From: Bacteroidales bacterium
GTDB lineage: Bacteria; Bacteroidota; Bacteroidia; Bacteroidales; Paludibacteraceae
Assembly (NCBI GenBank): GCA_038329115.1
Contig: JBBQMQ010000001.1
Coordinates: forward strand, 1-58,002
DNA length: 58,002 nt
Direction: 5' to 3'
The notes beneath the pieces were generated by a model. It was not told the DNA's origin, did no database searches, and worked only from the letters and a program-made list of their open reading frames with translations. Below, piece after piece: positions 48,805 through 58,002 of the stretch. Each line of letters starts with the position of its first letter. Positions within the stretch are counted from its first letter, which is position 1. Position numbers and translations under genes: made by a program.

Positions 48805-50145
48805 ATGAAAAAAATTATTATTCCTTTAGTTACCACTTCCCTTTTTTCGCTGCCAGCACAGGCACAAAATGAAGTTAAAAAACCAAACATAATTGTCATT
48901 TTTTGTGATGATATGGGTTACGGCGATTTGGGATGCTATGGTTCCAAACTCAATCGAACTCCTAATCTCGATAATCTGGCTAACAATGGAGTTCGCTTTA
49001 CAGACTGCTATGCTGCGGCTTCAGTATCATCTCCAAGTCGGGTAGCTTTATTAACTGGTCGTTATCCGATTCGTTCCGGCATTGTTTCAGTTTTATATCC
49101 ATACAGCACAGTTGGTTTGGATAAATCGGAAATGATTTTGCCCGAGTTATTAAAAGGGGCGGGTTATTATTCGGGAATGATTGGAAAATGGCATTTGGGT
49201 CATTTGACCGAATTTCTTCCTATGCAGCATGGTTTCAATGAATATTTCGGAATTCCATATTCCAATGATATGAAGCCTTGCAGTTATTTGAGAGGAAATG
49301 AAGTTGATTCTGTAGAAATCAATCAGAACTACATTACTCAAACTTACACGAAGGAAACGCTAAGGTTTATTACCGAAAACAAAAATCGTCCTTTCTTTTT
49401 GTATCTTGCTCATAATATGCCCCATATTCCAATTCATGCATCACCCAATTTTAAAGGTAAATCTAACAACGGATTATACGGAGATGTAATTGAAGAATTG
49501 GATTGGAGCGTTGGGGAAATTATTAAAAAATTGCGCGAACTCAAATTGGAAGAAAATACCCTGATCGTATTTTCGAGTGATAATGGACCGTGGCTCAGAC
49601 AAGGACCAAATGCCGGAACTTCAAAACCTTTATTTCAGGGAAAATTTACTTCGTGGGATGGTGGTCAGCGTGAACCAACAATTGCCTATTGGAAAGGCAA
49701 AATTAAACCTCAGGTTTATACAGGAATGGCTACTTTAATGGATTGGTTTCCTACTTTTGCACATTTAACTGGTGCGAAATTACCTAAGAACAGAATAATT
49801 GATGGCCAGGATATTAGTAATATTCTGTTAATCAACGGTAAACGTACAAATGAAGATTTTTATTATTTTGAAAATGCAAAAATTTTCGGGTATCGTTCGG
49901 GTGATTATAAGTTAATATTGCCACATGTGATTTTGAAAGGAAACAAATATGTGCCTGATGTACCGGCTCATGATACATTACTTTTTAATATAAGAACCGA
50001 TTTGAATGAATCGAACGACCTCTCAAAATCAAAACCAGATATTGTAAAAGAAATGTCAAGAAAACTGAATCTGTTTAAGAAAAGTATTAAGGATTTACAA
50101 CCAAAAGTTGATGCAAAAAAACCTTTAAGTAAAGGATCAGACTAA
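48805..50145 (+). CDS. S1 (Ser-type) arylsulfatase-A-like sulfatase
   Basis: Motifs DDMGYGDLG, SSPSRVALLTGRYP, GKWHLG, PYSNDM and SSDNGPW. Confidence 0.92.
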   Translation: MKKIIIPLVTTSLFSLPAQAQNEVKKPNIIVIFCDDMGYGDLGCYGSKLNRTPNLDNLANNGVRFTDCYAAASVSSPSRVALLTGRYPIRSGIVSVLYPYSTVGLDKSEMILPELLKGAGYYSGMIGKWHLGHLTEFLPMQHGFNEYFGIPYSNDMKPCSYLRGNEVDSVEINQNYITQTYTKETLRFITENKNRPFFLYLAHNMPHIPIHASPNFKGKSNNGLYGDVIEELDWSVGEIIKKLRELKLEENTLIVFSSDNGPWLRQGPNAGTSKPLFQGKFTSWDGGQREPTIAYWKGKIKPQVYTGMATLMDWFPTFAHLTGAKLPKNRIIDGQDISNILLINGKRTNEDFYYFENAKIFGYRSGDYKLILPHVILKGNKYVPDVPAHDTLLFNIRTDLNESNDLSKSKPDIVKEMSRKLNLFKKSIKDLQPKVDAKKPLSKGSD

Positions 50146-50192
50146 AATTCTTTTTAGTTTCATCAATTTAAATTTCAATAAACAAAAAATTA

Positions 50193-51003
50193 ATGAAAAC
50201 CAAACCGGATATATGATCCAATTCATACTGAATTTCCGAATATTGTTTTTGTAGATAATGTAGGGAAAAATGGTAGAACTAAAACAGTTTGGGTTAAAAA
50301 TGCTTTTTCATATTCAAAAGATAGTGTTGGAAATGCAGGTTCGGTCTATGGTAAAAACATTCAGGGTAACACAGATATTCCTACTTGTTTAAAAGATGCA
50401 AAATATGTCATTAATCTTCCATTATTAAAAGGGCATGAGATGGCTGGAGTCACCCTTGCTGCTAAAAATCATTACGGATCAATTGCGGCACGTGACCATA
50501 GCAATTATTTAACAGTGTGGAGAACAAAAGGTCAACAATATTCTTCATTGGTTGATTTGATGGGAAGTAAAGAAGTGGATGGAAAAACCATGCTATTTGT
50601 ACTGGATGGACTTTTTGCAAACATCACAAATGTCAATGATAATAACAAACAAAATTGTGCTTTCAATAATTTATTTCATGGACAATGGTGTTCCAGCATT
50701 TTTATGTCGCTTGACGAAGTGGCTCTTGAATCGGTTGGAGTTGATTTCCTGACTTCAGAATTCGGTATAAAACTTGGTCAATCAAGTGAAACCGATAAAC
50801 GCACGCCAATTTTCAATTGCGATAATTATCTTCACGAAGCTGCATTGATAGGAAATCCACCTTCTGGAACAAATTATAAGCCCGATGGAGTTAAATTAAC
50901 TAAGAGTCTTGGAGTTCACGAACATTGGAATAATCCAACAGAAAAGAAATACAGTAGAAATTTGGGAACAGGAACAGGAATTGAGCTCTTTATAGTAAAA
51001 TAA
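50193..51003 (+). pseudogene. DUF362-domain gene remnant with an internal deletion and frameshift near the 5' end
   Basis: ATG 50193 (MKTKPDI*) is out of frame with an open frame from 50197 that encodes INLPLLKGHEMAGVTLAAKNHYGSI and LGVHEHWNN. Confidence 0.65.
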
Positions 51004-51033
51004 TTTTTTAAATAAATAATAAACAATAGTAAT

Positions 51034-51855
51034 ATGAAAAAACCCAATTTATTAGCAATTTTTGCTCTAACTATCGGTATTCTTTTTTTTGTAGGTTCTT
51101 GTAAAAAAGATGAGGTAATAATTGACCCAAATCTTTCTATAACAACTGCTGCGGGCGATGAAGCTATGGCTTCCAGGTTAAGCGATGGAATACTTTCGGA
51201 TGTCGAACAAATAATTTCAACTTACTCATTTTCAACTGACCTTGTTCCTGTTGTCACTGTAATACCAAATGATACAATTACTTATCCAAAATCAGTTGTT
51301 ATAGATTTTGGGACTTCAGGATATGTAGGTGTTAGAGGAAATACACTAAAAGGTATAGTTAAAGTTCAATTAACTAACAAATTAACGACAGTTAATTCAA
51401 TTAAAATTTTGACATATTCTAACTTTTCAATCAACGATAAAAAATTTACTGGTATTGACTCAATTACAAATAAAGGCATTAATGCTTCTTTAGCGCCGAT
51501 TGAATTAATTAGAACAAACGATACCATATCGGTTTCCGGCTCTTCAAATATTATTTGGAAAGCAACAAGAGCTAGAGCTCGTTATGATACTGCAGGAACA
51601 CCAACCCCGGCTGATGATAGTTATTCTGTAACAGGTTCTGCGAGTGGAATTGCTTCAACCGGTTTGCCTTTTGCAATGTATATCACTTCTACAAACCCAT
51701 TGGTATGTTTTAATAATTATCCCAACTTTATTCAAGGTTCGCTTAACATAACCAGTGATAACAAATCAGCTCTTCTAGATTATGGAGCTGGAGAAATGGA
51801 TGATAAAGCCACTTTGATTGTTGGCACTGATACCATAAAAATCACGTTGAAATAG
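51034..51855 (+). CDS. Hypothetical surface lipoprotein
   Basis: Lipobox VGSC followed by KKDE; beta-rich body (IDFG...G, LDYGAG..DD). Confidence 0.7.
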   Translation: MKKPNLLAIFALTIGILFFVGSCKKDEVIIDPNLSITTAAGDEAMASRLSDGILSDVEQIISTYSFSTDLVPVVTVIPNDTITYPKSVVIDFGTSGYVGVRGNTLKGIVKVQLTNKLTTVNSIKILTYSNFSINDKKFTGIDSITNKGINASLAPIELIRTNDTISVSGSSNIIWKATRARARYDTAGTPTPADDSYSVTGSASGIASTGLPFAMYITSTNPLVCFNNYPNFIQGSLNITSDNKSALLDYGAGEMDDKATLIVGTDTIKITLK

Positions 51856-51884
51856 ATTCTATTTATACCTTAAATCATATTATC

Positions 51885-53552
51885 GTGAAACTCAAACTTA
51901 CATTTTGTTTCCTATTATTTGTTGCATCTCTATCAGCAAAAACAAATCACGCTTCTTTCTCTTATTTTGAATATTCTGGTCATGACAGCTGTTTTGAGAA
52001 GAAAATTAATCCGCAAACACAGTACCGCAACCCAATTCTTCCGGGTTTTTATCCTGATCCAAGCATTTGCCGTCGGGGCGATGATTATTTTCTGGTCAAT
52101 TCAACCTTCAGCTTTTTCCCTGGAATTCCGATATTCCACAGCGTGGATTTGGTGCATTGGAAACAAATCGGACATGTACTAGACAGACCTTCTCAATTGA
52201 ATTTAGACGAGAAACGTCTTTCTGCTGGTGTTTTTGCACCTGCCATTACCTATAATGACAAAAATGAAACTTTTTATGTCATCAATACCATTGTTGACGG
52301 AATTGGAAATTTCATTGTCAAAACCAAAGACCCTTTTAAAAGTTGGAGTGAACCAATACAATTGCCAGAAATAAAAGGAATTGACCCTTCGTTGTTTGTA
52401 GACGACGACGGAAAAGCGTATGTTGTGAATTGTGATTTGCCGTTAGGTAAACCAAAATGGTCCGGTCACAGGGCAATTAAACTTCAAGAATTTGACCCTA
52501 CTTTTGATAAAATGGTAGGTGAACGAACTGTGTTGGTGGATGGTGGCGTGGATACTACGAAACATCCAACACACATTGAAGGACCGCATTTGTACAAAGT
52601 TAACGGTTTTTATTACCTTATGGCAGCTGAAGGTGGAACTTCAGTGAACCATACCGAAGTGATTTTCAGAAGCAAAAACCTTAAAGGTCCATATATCCCA
52701 TGGGAAAATAATCCGATACTGACTCAAAAAGATCTGCCAACCGACCGAAAAAATAAAGTTACATCGACCGGTCATGCCGATCTGGTAAACGATGGTCACG
52801 GCAACTGGTTTGCTGTTTTTCTGGGCTGCCGACCGTATCAGGAAAATTTTTACAATACAGGACGCGAAACTTTTTTATTGCCTGTAAGCTGGCAAAGTGG
52901 TTTCCCGGTTATTCTCGAAAATGGGAAAGAAGTGCCGAATGTAGTTGATTTGAAAACCAACGTGACATCAACACAAACTTTATCGGGAAATTTCAATTGG
53001 CGAGATAATTTTGACTCTACTAAACTGAATATAAACTGGAATATGGTTAGAACGCCCCGTGATAAATGGTGGTATATTGCCAACGGAAAATTGGAATTGG
53101 ATCTCATCAATCGGAGTCTGAATCAGTTAGTCAATCCAGCATTTATCGGTCGTCGTCAGCAACATATCAATTTTGAAGCATCAGCGGAGATGAATTTCAA
53201 ACCATTGGTAAATAATGAGTTGGCAGGATTAGTCTATTTTCAAAACGAGAAATATTATTTTGTAATTGGCAAAATGATGAAAAATGGAAAAACGCTGATT
53301 GTACTTCAGAGTATGATTGACGGAAAACCCAACACAATTAGTGAAAAAGAAATGACTCTTGAAGCTAACAAGCAAGTATTGTTTCTGAAAATAATTGTTA
53401 AAGGTGGAAAAGCTGAATTTATTTATCAATTGAAAAACGATAAATCGGTGGTTCATGCATCCAACATCGATGCAACCAATTTGAGTTCCATCAAAGCCGA
53501 TGGATTTGTTGGGGCTCACGTTGGATTGTATGCCACGTGTCTTGGGCTTTAA
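51885..53552 (+). CDS. GH43 beta-xylosidase/alpha-L-arabinofuranosidase with C-terminal beta-sandwich
   Basis: Motifs NPILPGFYPDPSI, GIDPSLF, IEGPHLYK, AEGGT, TGHADLV and GRETFL. Confidence 0.92.
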   Translation: MKLKLTFCFLLFVASLSAKTNHASFSYFEYSGHDSCFEKKINPQTQYRNPILPGFYPDPSICRRGDDYFLVNSTFSFFPGIPIFHSVDLVHWKQIGHVLDRPSQLNLDEKRLSAGVFAPAITYNDKNETFYVINTIVDGIGNFIVKTKDPFKSWSEPIQLPEIKGIDPSLFVDDDGKAYVVNCDLPLGKPKWSGHRAIKLQEFDPTFDKMVGERTVLVDGGVDTTKHPTHIEGPHLYKVNGFYYLMAAEGGTSVNHTEVIFRSKNLKGPYIPWENNPILTQKDLPTDRKNKVTSTGHADLVNDGHGNWFAVFLGCRPYQENFYNTGRETFLLPVSWQSGFPVILENGKEVPNVVDLKTNVTSTQTLSGNFNWRDNFDSTKLNINWNMVRTPRDKWWYIANGKLELDLINRSLNQLVNPAFIGRRQQHINFEASAEMNFKPLVNNELAGLVYFQNEKYYFVIGKMMKNGKTLIVLQSMIDGKPNTISEKEMTLEANKQVLFLKIIVKGGKAEFIYQLKNDKSVVHASNIDATNLSSIKADGFVGAHVGLYATCLGL

Positions 53553-53760
53553 TTTATAATGAGTTCGACATAAAAAAGATTGTTGCATATTAATAAATTG
53601 ATCAGTAATTATACAAACCAATATCTTATTATCTTATTCAAAATGCTGTAAAATTGATTAATACAAGATTTTTCTTGTCTCGAAATCAAGTTAAAATTTG
53701 ATTTGTATTTCCAAATGCTACTTAAATTAAATATATTCATTAATTAAAATTATTATTATC

Positions 53761-54120
53761 ATGAAAACTTTAAAATTTATTTTATTAACAACATTTTTTG
53801 CATTGAACACAGTTATTTACGCGCAATCAGCACCTGAAGCAGTTGTAAAAAAGGCAAAAGCTATGCAGGAACAAATAACAAAAGATTTGAAGTTAACACC
53901 TGAACAATCAACAACTTACTTTGATTGTGCAATTGACAGGTACACAATGTTGACAGAAAAAATGTCACCTACTTTAACTCCAGAAGAAAAAGCTGAAGTA
54001 AGGAAGGAAATTAATGGAAATATCAGAGAGAAAATGTCAAAAGTATTTCCTTGGGAAATGATTAGAAAAGTAAATGAATGGAATGCTGCAAACGATAAGA
54101 ACTTCAATACTTTAAAGTAA
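53761..54120 (+). CDS. Small helical exported protein of unknown function
   Basis: Signal peptide, Lys/Glu-rich helices and LTPEQ/LTPEE motifs. Confidence 0.65.
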   Translation: MKTLKFILLTTFFALNTVIYAQSAPEAVVKKAKAMQEQITKDLKLTPEQSTTYFDCAIDRYTMLTEKMSPTLTPEEKAEVRKEINGNIREKMSKVFPWEMIRKVNEWNAANDKNFNTLK

Positions 54121-54163
54121 TCTTTAAAAATTTACAATTAACAACAATTAAATTGTTATCAGA

Positions 54164-55684
54164 ATGAAGAAATTATTTTTCGCCGCTTTTATCATACTCT
54201 CTATTAATGGGTTTTCTCAAAATAAAATCGTGTTAAACATAGATAAGCCGGGTTCAAAAATCGACAAAAACATTTACGGTCAGTTTGCAGAACACCTAGG
54301 ACGATGCATTTACGATGGAATTTATGTGGGTGACACATCTAAAATACCCAATATCCGTGGTTTTAGAACAGATATTATTGAGGCTTTAAAAGACCTAAAA
54401 GTTCCACTGGTTCGCTGGCCGGGTGGTTGTTTTGCTGATACTTACCATTGGAAAGATGGAATCGGAGCTAAAACCAGCCGTCCCTCCATTATCAATATTC
54501 ATTGGGGTGGCGTTACCGAAGACAATAGTTTCGGAACACATGAATTCCTGGATTATTGCGAATTGATTGGTGCTGAACCGTATATCAATTTGAATGTTGG
54601 AAGTGGAACTGTACAAGAAGCTATGGAATGGATTGAATATGTAACTTCTGCTAATGAAAGTCCGATGTCAAAACTTCGTAAACAAAATGGACGTGAAAAA
54701 CCATGGAAAGTTAAGATTTGGGCTGCTGGAAATGAAACATGGGGATGTGGTGGGAATATGCGTCCAGAATATTATGCCGATTTGTATAAACAATATTCTA
54801 CCTTTATGCGAACGCCAGGCATTTTCAGAATTGCAAGTGGTGCCAACGGAAGTAATTATAACTGGACTGAAGTTTTGATGCGTGAAGCATCCAAAAAAAT
54901 GAATGGTATTTCGTTACACTATTACACCGTTCCGGGTAAAGATTGGAATAAAAAAGGTTCGGCAACTCAATTTAATGATTCATTGTGGTTTGTTACAATG
55001 TCAAAAACTCTGAAAATGGAAGAACTTGTGACAAAACATGCTGCTGTAATGGACAAATATGATCCCGATAAAAAAGTTGGTTTGTTGGTTGATGAATGGG
55101 GAACATGGTTCGATGTTGAACCTGGCACTAATCCGGGATTTCTGTTTCAACAAAATACTATGCGTGATGCTTTAGTAGCAGGAATTAACCTGAATATTTT
55201 CAACAATCATGCTGACCGTGTAAAAATGAGTAACATTGCTCAAATGATTAATGTGCTGCAAGCCATGATTTTAACCCGTGGCAAAGAAATGGTTTTGACA
55301 CCGACATATTATGTTTATAAAATGTACAACGTTCATCAGAATGCTACTTTGATTCCCCTCGAAATCAGCAGCAATAAATATGTTTTGGGACAAAATTCAC
55401 TGGATGCCATCAATGCTTCTGCCTCAGAAAAAGATGGAGTGGTAAGTATTACTCTTTGCAATCTTGATCCAACTAAAAATCAAGAAATAAATTTTGAAAT
55501 AAACGGGAAAACATATAAAAACATTTCTGGCAAAATTGTAACCGGAGAAAAAATAAATTCATCTAATGATTTTGGTAATAAACCGGAAGTTATCATGTCC
55601 GATTTCAAAAATATTAAAATGAATGGTAGTCAGATTAAAGCAACAATTCCTTCAAAATCAGTGGTTTTACTTCAATTAAAATAA
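54164..55684 (+). CDS. GH51 alpha-L-arabinofuranosidase
   Basis: Motifs YGQFAEHLG, RWPGGCFAD, GNETWGCGG, VDEWGTW and NIAQMINVLQ. Confidence 0.94.
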   Translation: MKKLFFAAFIILSINGFSQNKIVLNIDKPGSKIDKNIYGQFAEHLGRCIYDGIYVGDTSKIPNIRGFRTDIIEALKDLKVPLVRWPGGCFADTYHWKDGIGAKTSRPSIINIHWGGVTEDNSFGTHEFLDYCELIGAEPYINLNVGSGTVQEAMEWIEYVTSANESPMSKLRKQNGREKPWKVKIWAAGNETWGCGGNMRPEYYADLYKQYSTFMRTPGIFRIASGANGSNYNWTEVLMREASKKMNGISLHYYTVPGKDWNKKGSATQFNDSLWFVTMSKTLKMEELVTKHAAVMDKYDPDKKVGLLVDEWGTWFDVEPGTNPGFLFQQNTMRDALVAGINLNIFNNHADRVKMSNIAQMINVLQAMILTRGKEMVLTPTYYVYKMYNVHQNATLIPLEISSNKYVLGQNSLDAINASASEKDGVVSITLCNLDPTKNQEINFEINGKTYKNISGKIVTGEKINSSNDFGNKPEVIMSDFKNIKMNGSQIKATIPSKSVVLLQLK

Positions 55685-55685
55685 T

Positions 55686-57308
55686 ATGACTTCAATTTTT
55701 AAAGGCAACAGTTTTACTGTCTCCATAATTTGTTTATTGATGACATTGTCGGCAATTTCAGAATCTGTAACTCCGCTAATGGGTTGGGCAAGTTGGAATC
55801 ATTTTGATGTACGGATTAGTGAAAAGATAATTAAAGAACAAGCCGATGCTATGGTTTCGTCTGGATTAGCCGCTGCTGGTTACAACTATATCAATATTGA
55901 TGATGGGTTTTTTAATGGTAGATATAGTGATGGATCTTTTCGGATTGATTCAATAAAATTCCCAAACGGAATGAAAATTTTAGCCGATTACATACATTCT
56001 AAAAACTTGAAAGCTGGTTTTTACTCGGAAGCAGGCGAAAACACATGTGGTTGCTACTACAACAAACAAACTGGCGGTGCAGGTGTCGGTTTGTATAATC
56101 ACGACGAATCTGACATTAATTTATTTCTCAAAATCTGGGGTTTCGATTTCTTGAAAGTAGATTATTGTGGCGGTAAAAGGCAAAAATTGGATGAACAAAC
56201 CCGTTATACTGACATTAAAAAAACAATTGATAAAACAAGTAGGAATGACATAAATTTCAATGTTTGTCGTTGGCAGTTTCCAGGTACATGGGTAACCAAT
56301 AATGCCGATTCATGGAGAATTGGCACAGACATTAAAGCAAAATGGGCAAGTGTGGTTCTAATGATTGATGAAAATACATTTTTATCGCCTTATGTAAGCC
56401 CTGGCCATTACAACGATATGGATATGCTTGAAGTAGGGAGGGGAATGACCTTTGAAGAAGACAAAAGCCATTTCAGCATGTGGTGTATTATGTCTTCACC
56501 ATTGGTTTTGGGTAACGACCTTTCAAAAATAACTCAACAAACCAAAGAGATTATTACAAATGCAGAAGTTATTGCAGTAAATCAAGATACAACTGGATTG
56601 CAGGCTACATTGATTTCTGACAATGCTGCTGGTTTACAAGTTTGGGCAAAAAATCTCAATGGAAAACGAAGCAACGAACATGCAGTTATACTTTTGAATA
56701 GAACAGAGAAAGCATCTGACATTTCTTTCAAACTTGAAGATTTGAATATTATTGGTTCAGCTTCAATGCGCGATTTATGGTTACACAAAAACCTAGGAAG
56801 TTTTAATACTGAATTTAAAGCAAATGTTCCTGCTCATGGTGCTGTGATGCTAAAAGTGGTTAATAAGGAATCAAAACTACAAGAAGTATTTGAGGCAGAG
56901 AATGGTTGGCTAAATAATTTCAATTTAACTAAAAACAGTGTCAAAGTTCCAAATCAAGGAAAATTTGTAAGAGATTCTATTTTTTCTGGCCTTGCAAAGG
57001 TTGTTTCAATTGGTAAAAATGCAGAAAACTACCTTGAATTCAGGGATGTATATTCAAACATTTCAGGAAATTTCAATTTGAGAATTTATTTTAGTTGTAA
57101 AGAAGAAAGAGAAGCAATCATCAGTGTAAATGGTTCTGAAATGACATTAAACGAATTGAATTCAGAAGGTTTAGTAAGCGTTATCACAATTCCAGTTCAA
57201 TTAAAAAAAGGATACAATTATATTCGAATTTCAAATCCAGATGGCTTTACACCTGATATTGATAAAATCCAAGTAGACTTAAATCAAATAAATAGAATTC
57301 ATAAATAA
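55686..57308 (+). CDS. GH27 alpha-galactosidase/beta-L-arabinopyranosidase with C-terminal CBM6/35-like module
   Basis: Motifs TPLMGWASWN, INIDDG, LKVDYCG, SWRIGTDI and NDMDMLEVG. C-terminal FEAE...LKKGYN.I. Confidence 0.9.
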   Translation: MTSIFKGNSFTVSIICLLMTLSAISESVTPLMGWASWNHFDVRISEKIIKEQADAMVSSGLAAAGYNYINIDDGFFNGRYSDGSFRIDSIKFPNGMKILADYIHSKNLKAGFYSEAGENTCGCYYNKQTGGAGVGLYNHDESDINLFLKIWGFDFLKVDYCGGKRQKLDEQTRYTDIKKTIDKTSRNDINFNVCRWQFPGTWVTNNADSWRIGTDIKAKWASVVLMIDENTFLSPYVSPGHYNDMDMLEVGRGMTFEEDKSHFSMWCIMSSPLVLGNDLSKITQQTKEIITNAEVIAVNQDTTGLQATLISDNAAGLQVWAKNLNGKRSNEHAVILLNRTEKASDISFKLEDLNIIGSASMRDLWLHKNLGSFNTEFKANVPAHGAVMLKVVNKESKLQEVFEAENGWLNNFNLTKNSVKVPNQGKFVRDSIFSGLAKVVSIGKNAENYLEFRDVYSNISGNFNLRIYFSCKEEREAIISVNGSEMTLNELNSEGLVSVITIPVQLKKGYNYIRISNPDGFTPDIDKIQVDLNQINRIHK

Positions 57309-57460
57309 TGAGGCATAACTACATTATTATTCCTGTAATAGGTTGTATAACTGGTATAGCATCAGCACAGAAACCTACAAATGATAAACCCAATATTATC
57401 ATCATTCTAGCTGAAGATATGGGATTTTCAGACCTTGGTTGTTGTAAAAGAAAATATTAA
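57308..57460 (+). pseudogene. 50-aa N-terminal stub of a sulfatase
   Basis: Translates to MRHNYIIIPVIGCITGIASAQKPTNDKPNIIIILAEDMGFSDLGCCKRKY*. The start overlaps the GH27 stop (TAATG). Confidence 0.75.
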
Positions 57461-57494
57461 AAAGTAAAAAAACAAATAAATACATAAATTATCA

Positions 57495-58002
57495 ATGAGA
57501 AAACAACTTTTCTTACTGTCTGCAATTCTTTTCGCAACAAACATATTTGCACAATCATTAAAAGTAGAATTATTTCCGCTAACCGATGTCAGAGTTATTG
57601 ACGGACCGTTAAAACATGCTCAGGATGTAGATTTGCGATACATCCTCGAATTAAACATCGACCGTCTTTTGGCTCCCTTTTGCGAAGTTGCTGGTATCGA
57701 ACCAAAAGCCCCCAAATACGGAAATTGGGAAAGTGGAGGATTAGGTGGTGAAATGGCTGGACATTACCTTTCAGCATTAGCTTTGATGTACCAATCAACT
57801 GGTAACCCAGAATTGAAACGTCGTCTCGATTATATGGTATCGGTTCTTGCAGAGTGTCAAGCCAAAAACGGTAATGGCTATGTCGCTGGTATTCCAAATT
57901 CAAAACAAATTTGGGGCGATTTAGAAAAACTTAGATTAGAAAATAAACCTGTCAAAATTGATGGTTCCTCGTCGCCATCGTCGACTGGTTCAGCCGCAGG
58001 GT
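57495..58002 (+). CDS. GH127/GH146 (DUF1680) beta-L-arabinofuranosidase-like protein, 3'-truncated by the window
   Basis: Not in the ORF track. Translates to MRKQLFLL...FPLTDVRV...DRLLAPF...YGNWESGGLGGEMAGHYLSALALMY...ECQ...GNGYVAGIP. Confidence 0.85.
   Translation, partial: MRKQLFLLSAILFATNIFAQSLKVELFPLTDVRVIDGPLKHAQDVDLRYILELNIDRLLAPFCEVAGIEPKAPKYGNWESGGLGGEMAGHYLSALALMYQSTGNPELKRRLDYMVSVLAECQAKNGNGYVAGIPNSKQIWGDLEKLRLENKPVKIDGSSSPSSTGSAAG

Noticed and set aside
153-57903. Numerous short minus-strand and alternative-frame ORFs in the ORF track
   Set aside because: All overlap well-supported + strand genes or gene remnants and show no recognisable motifs, so they are shadow ORFs.
1-58002. 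rRNA, tRNA, integrase, transposase, phage or defence genes
   Set aside because: None was recognisable. Intergenic gaps are short and are explained by promoters, hairpins or gene remnants.

Overview
This AT-rich 58 kb window is a single-strand (+) carbohydrate-degradation island from a Bacteroidota genome, probably an anaerobic Bacteroidales/Paludibacter-like organism. That assignment is inferred from SusC/SusD genes, T9SS C-terminal domains, TAnnTTTG promoters and Ser-type sulfatases. The left third is an apparently complete cellulolytic module: GH94 cellobiose phosphorylase, a frameshifted AraC regulator, a CTD-less GH5_2 endoglucanase, and T9SS-secreted CBM11, GH8, multimodular GH48 exocellulase and GH74 proteins, plus several non-catalytic T9SS proteins. 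The middle is a PUL core with tandem SusC-SusC-SusD, a catalytically dead GH10-fold lipoprotein, a BACON/GLUG lipoprotein and a GH3. The right half holds sulfatases (five intact in the window), two of three paralogous clan GH-A enzymes of unclear family, GH5_13, GH39, GH43, GH51, GH27, GH127/146 and three decayed genes. A 21-bp-period direct-repeat operator at a fixed distance from a -7 promoter element occurs four times. The best candidate for an undescribed system is a cohesin/dockerin-free, T9SS-exported, GH48-based cellulase system coupled to a SusC/D uptake PUL and a sulfatase set. Family calls come from motifs recognised by eye. No database searches were run.
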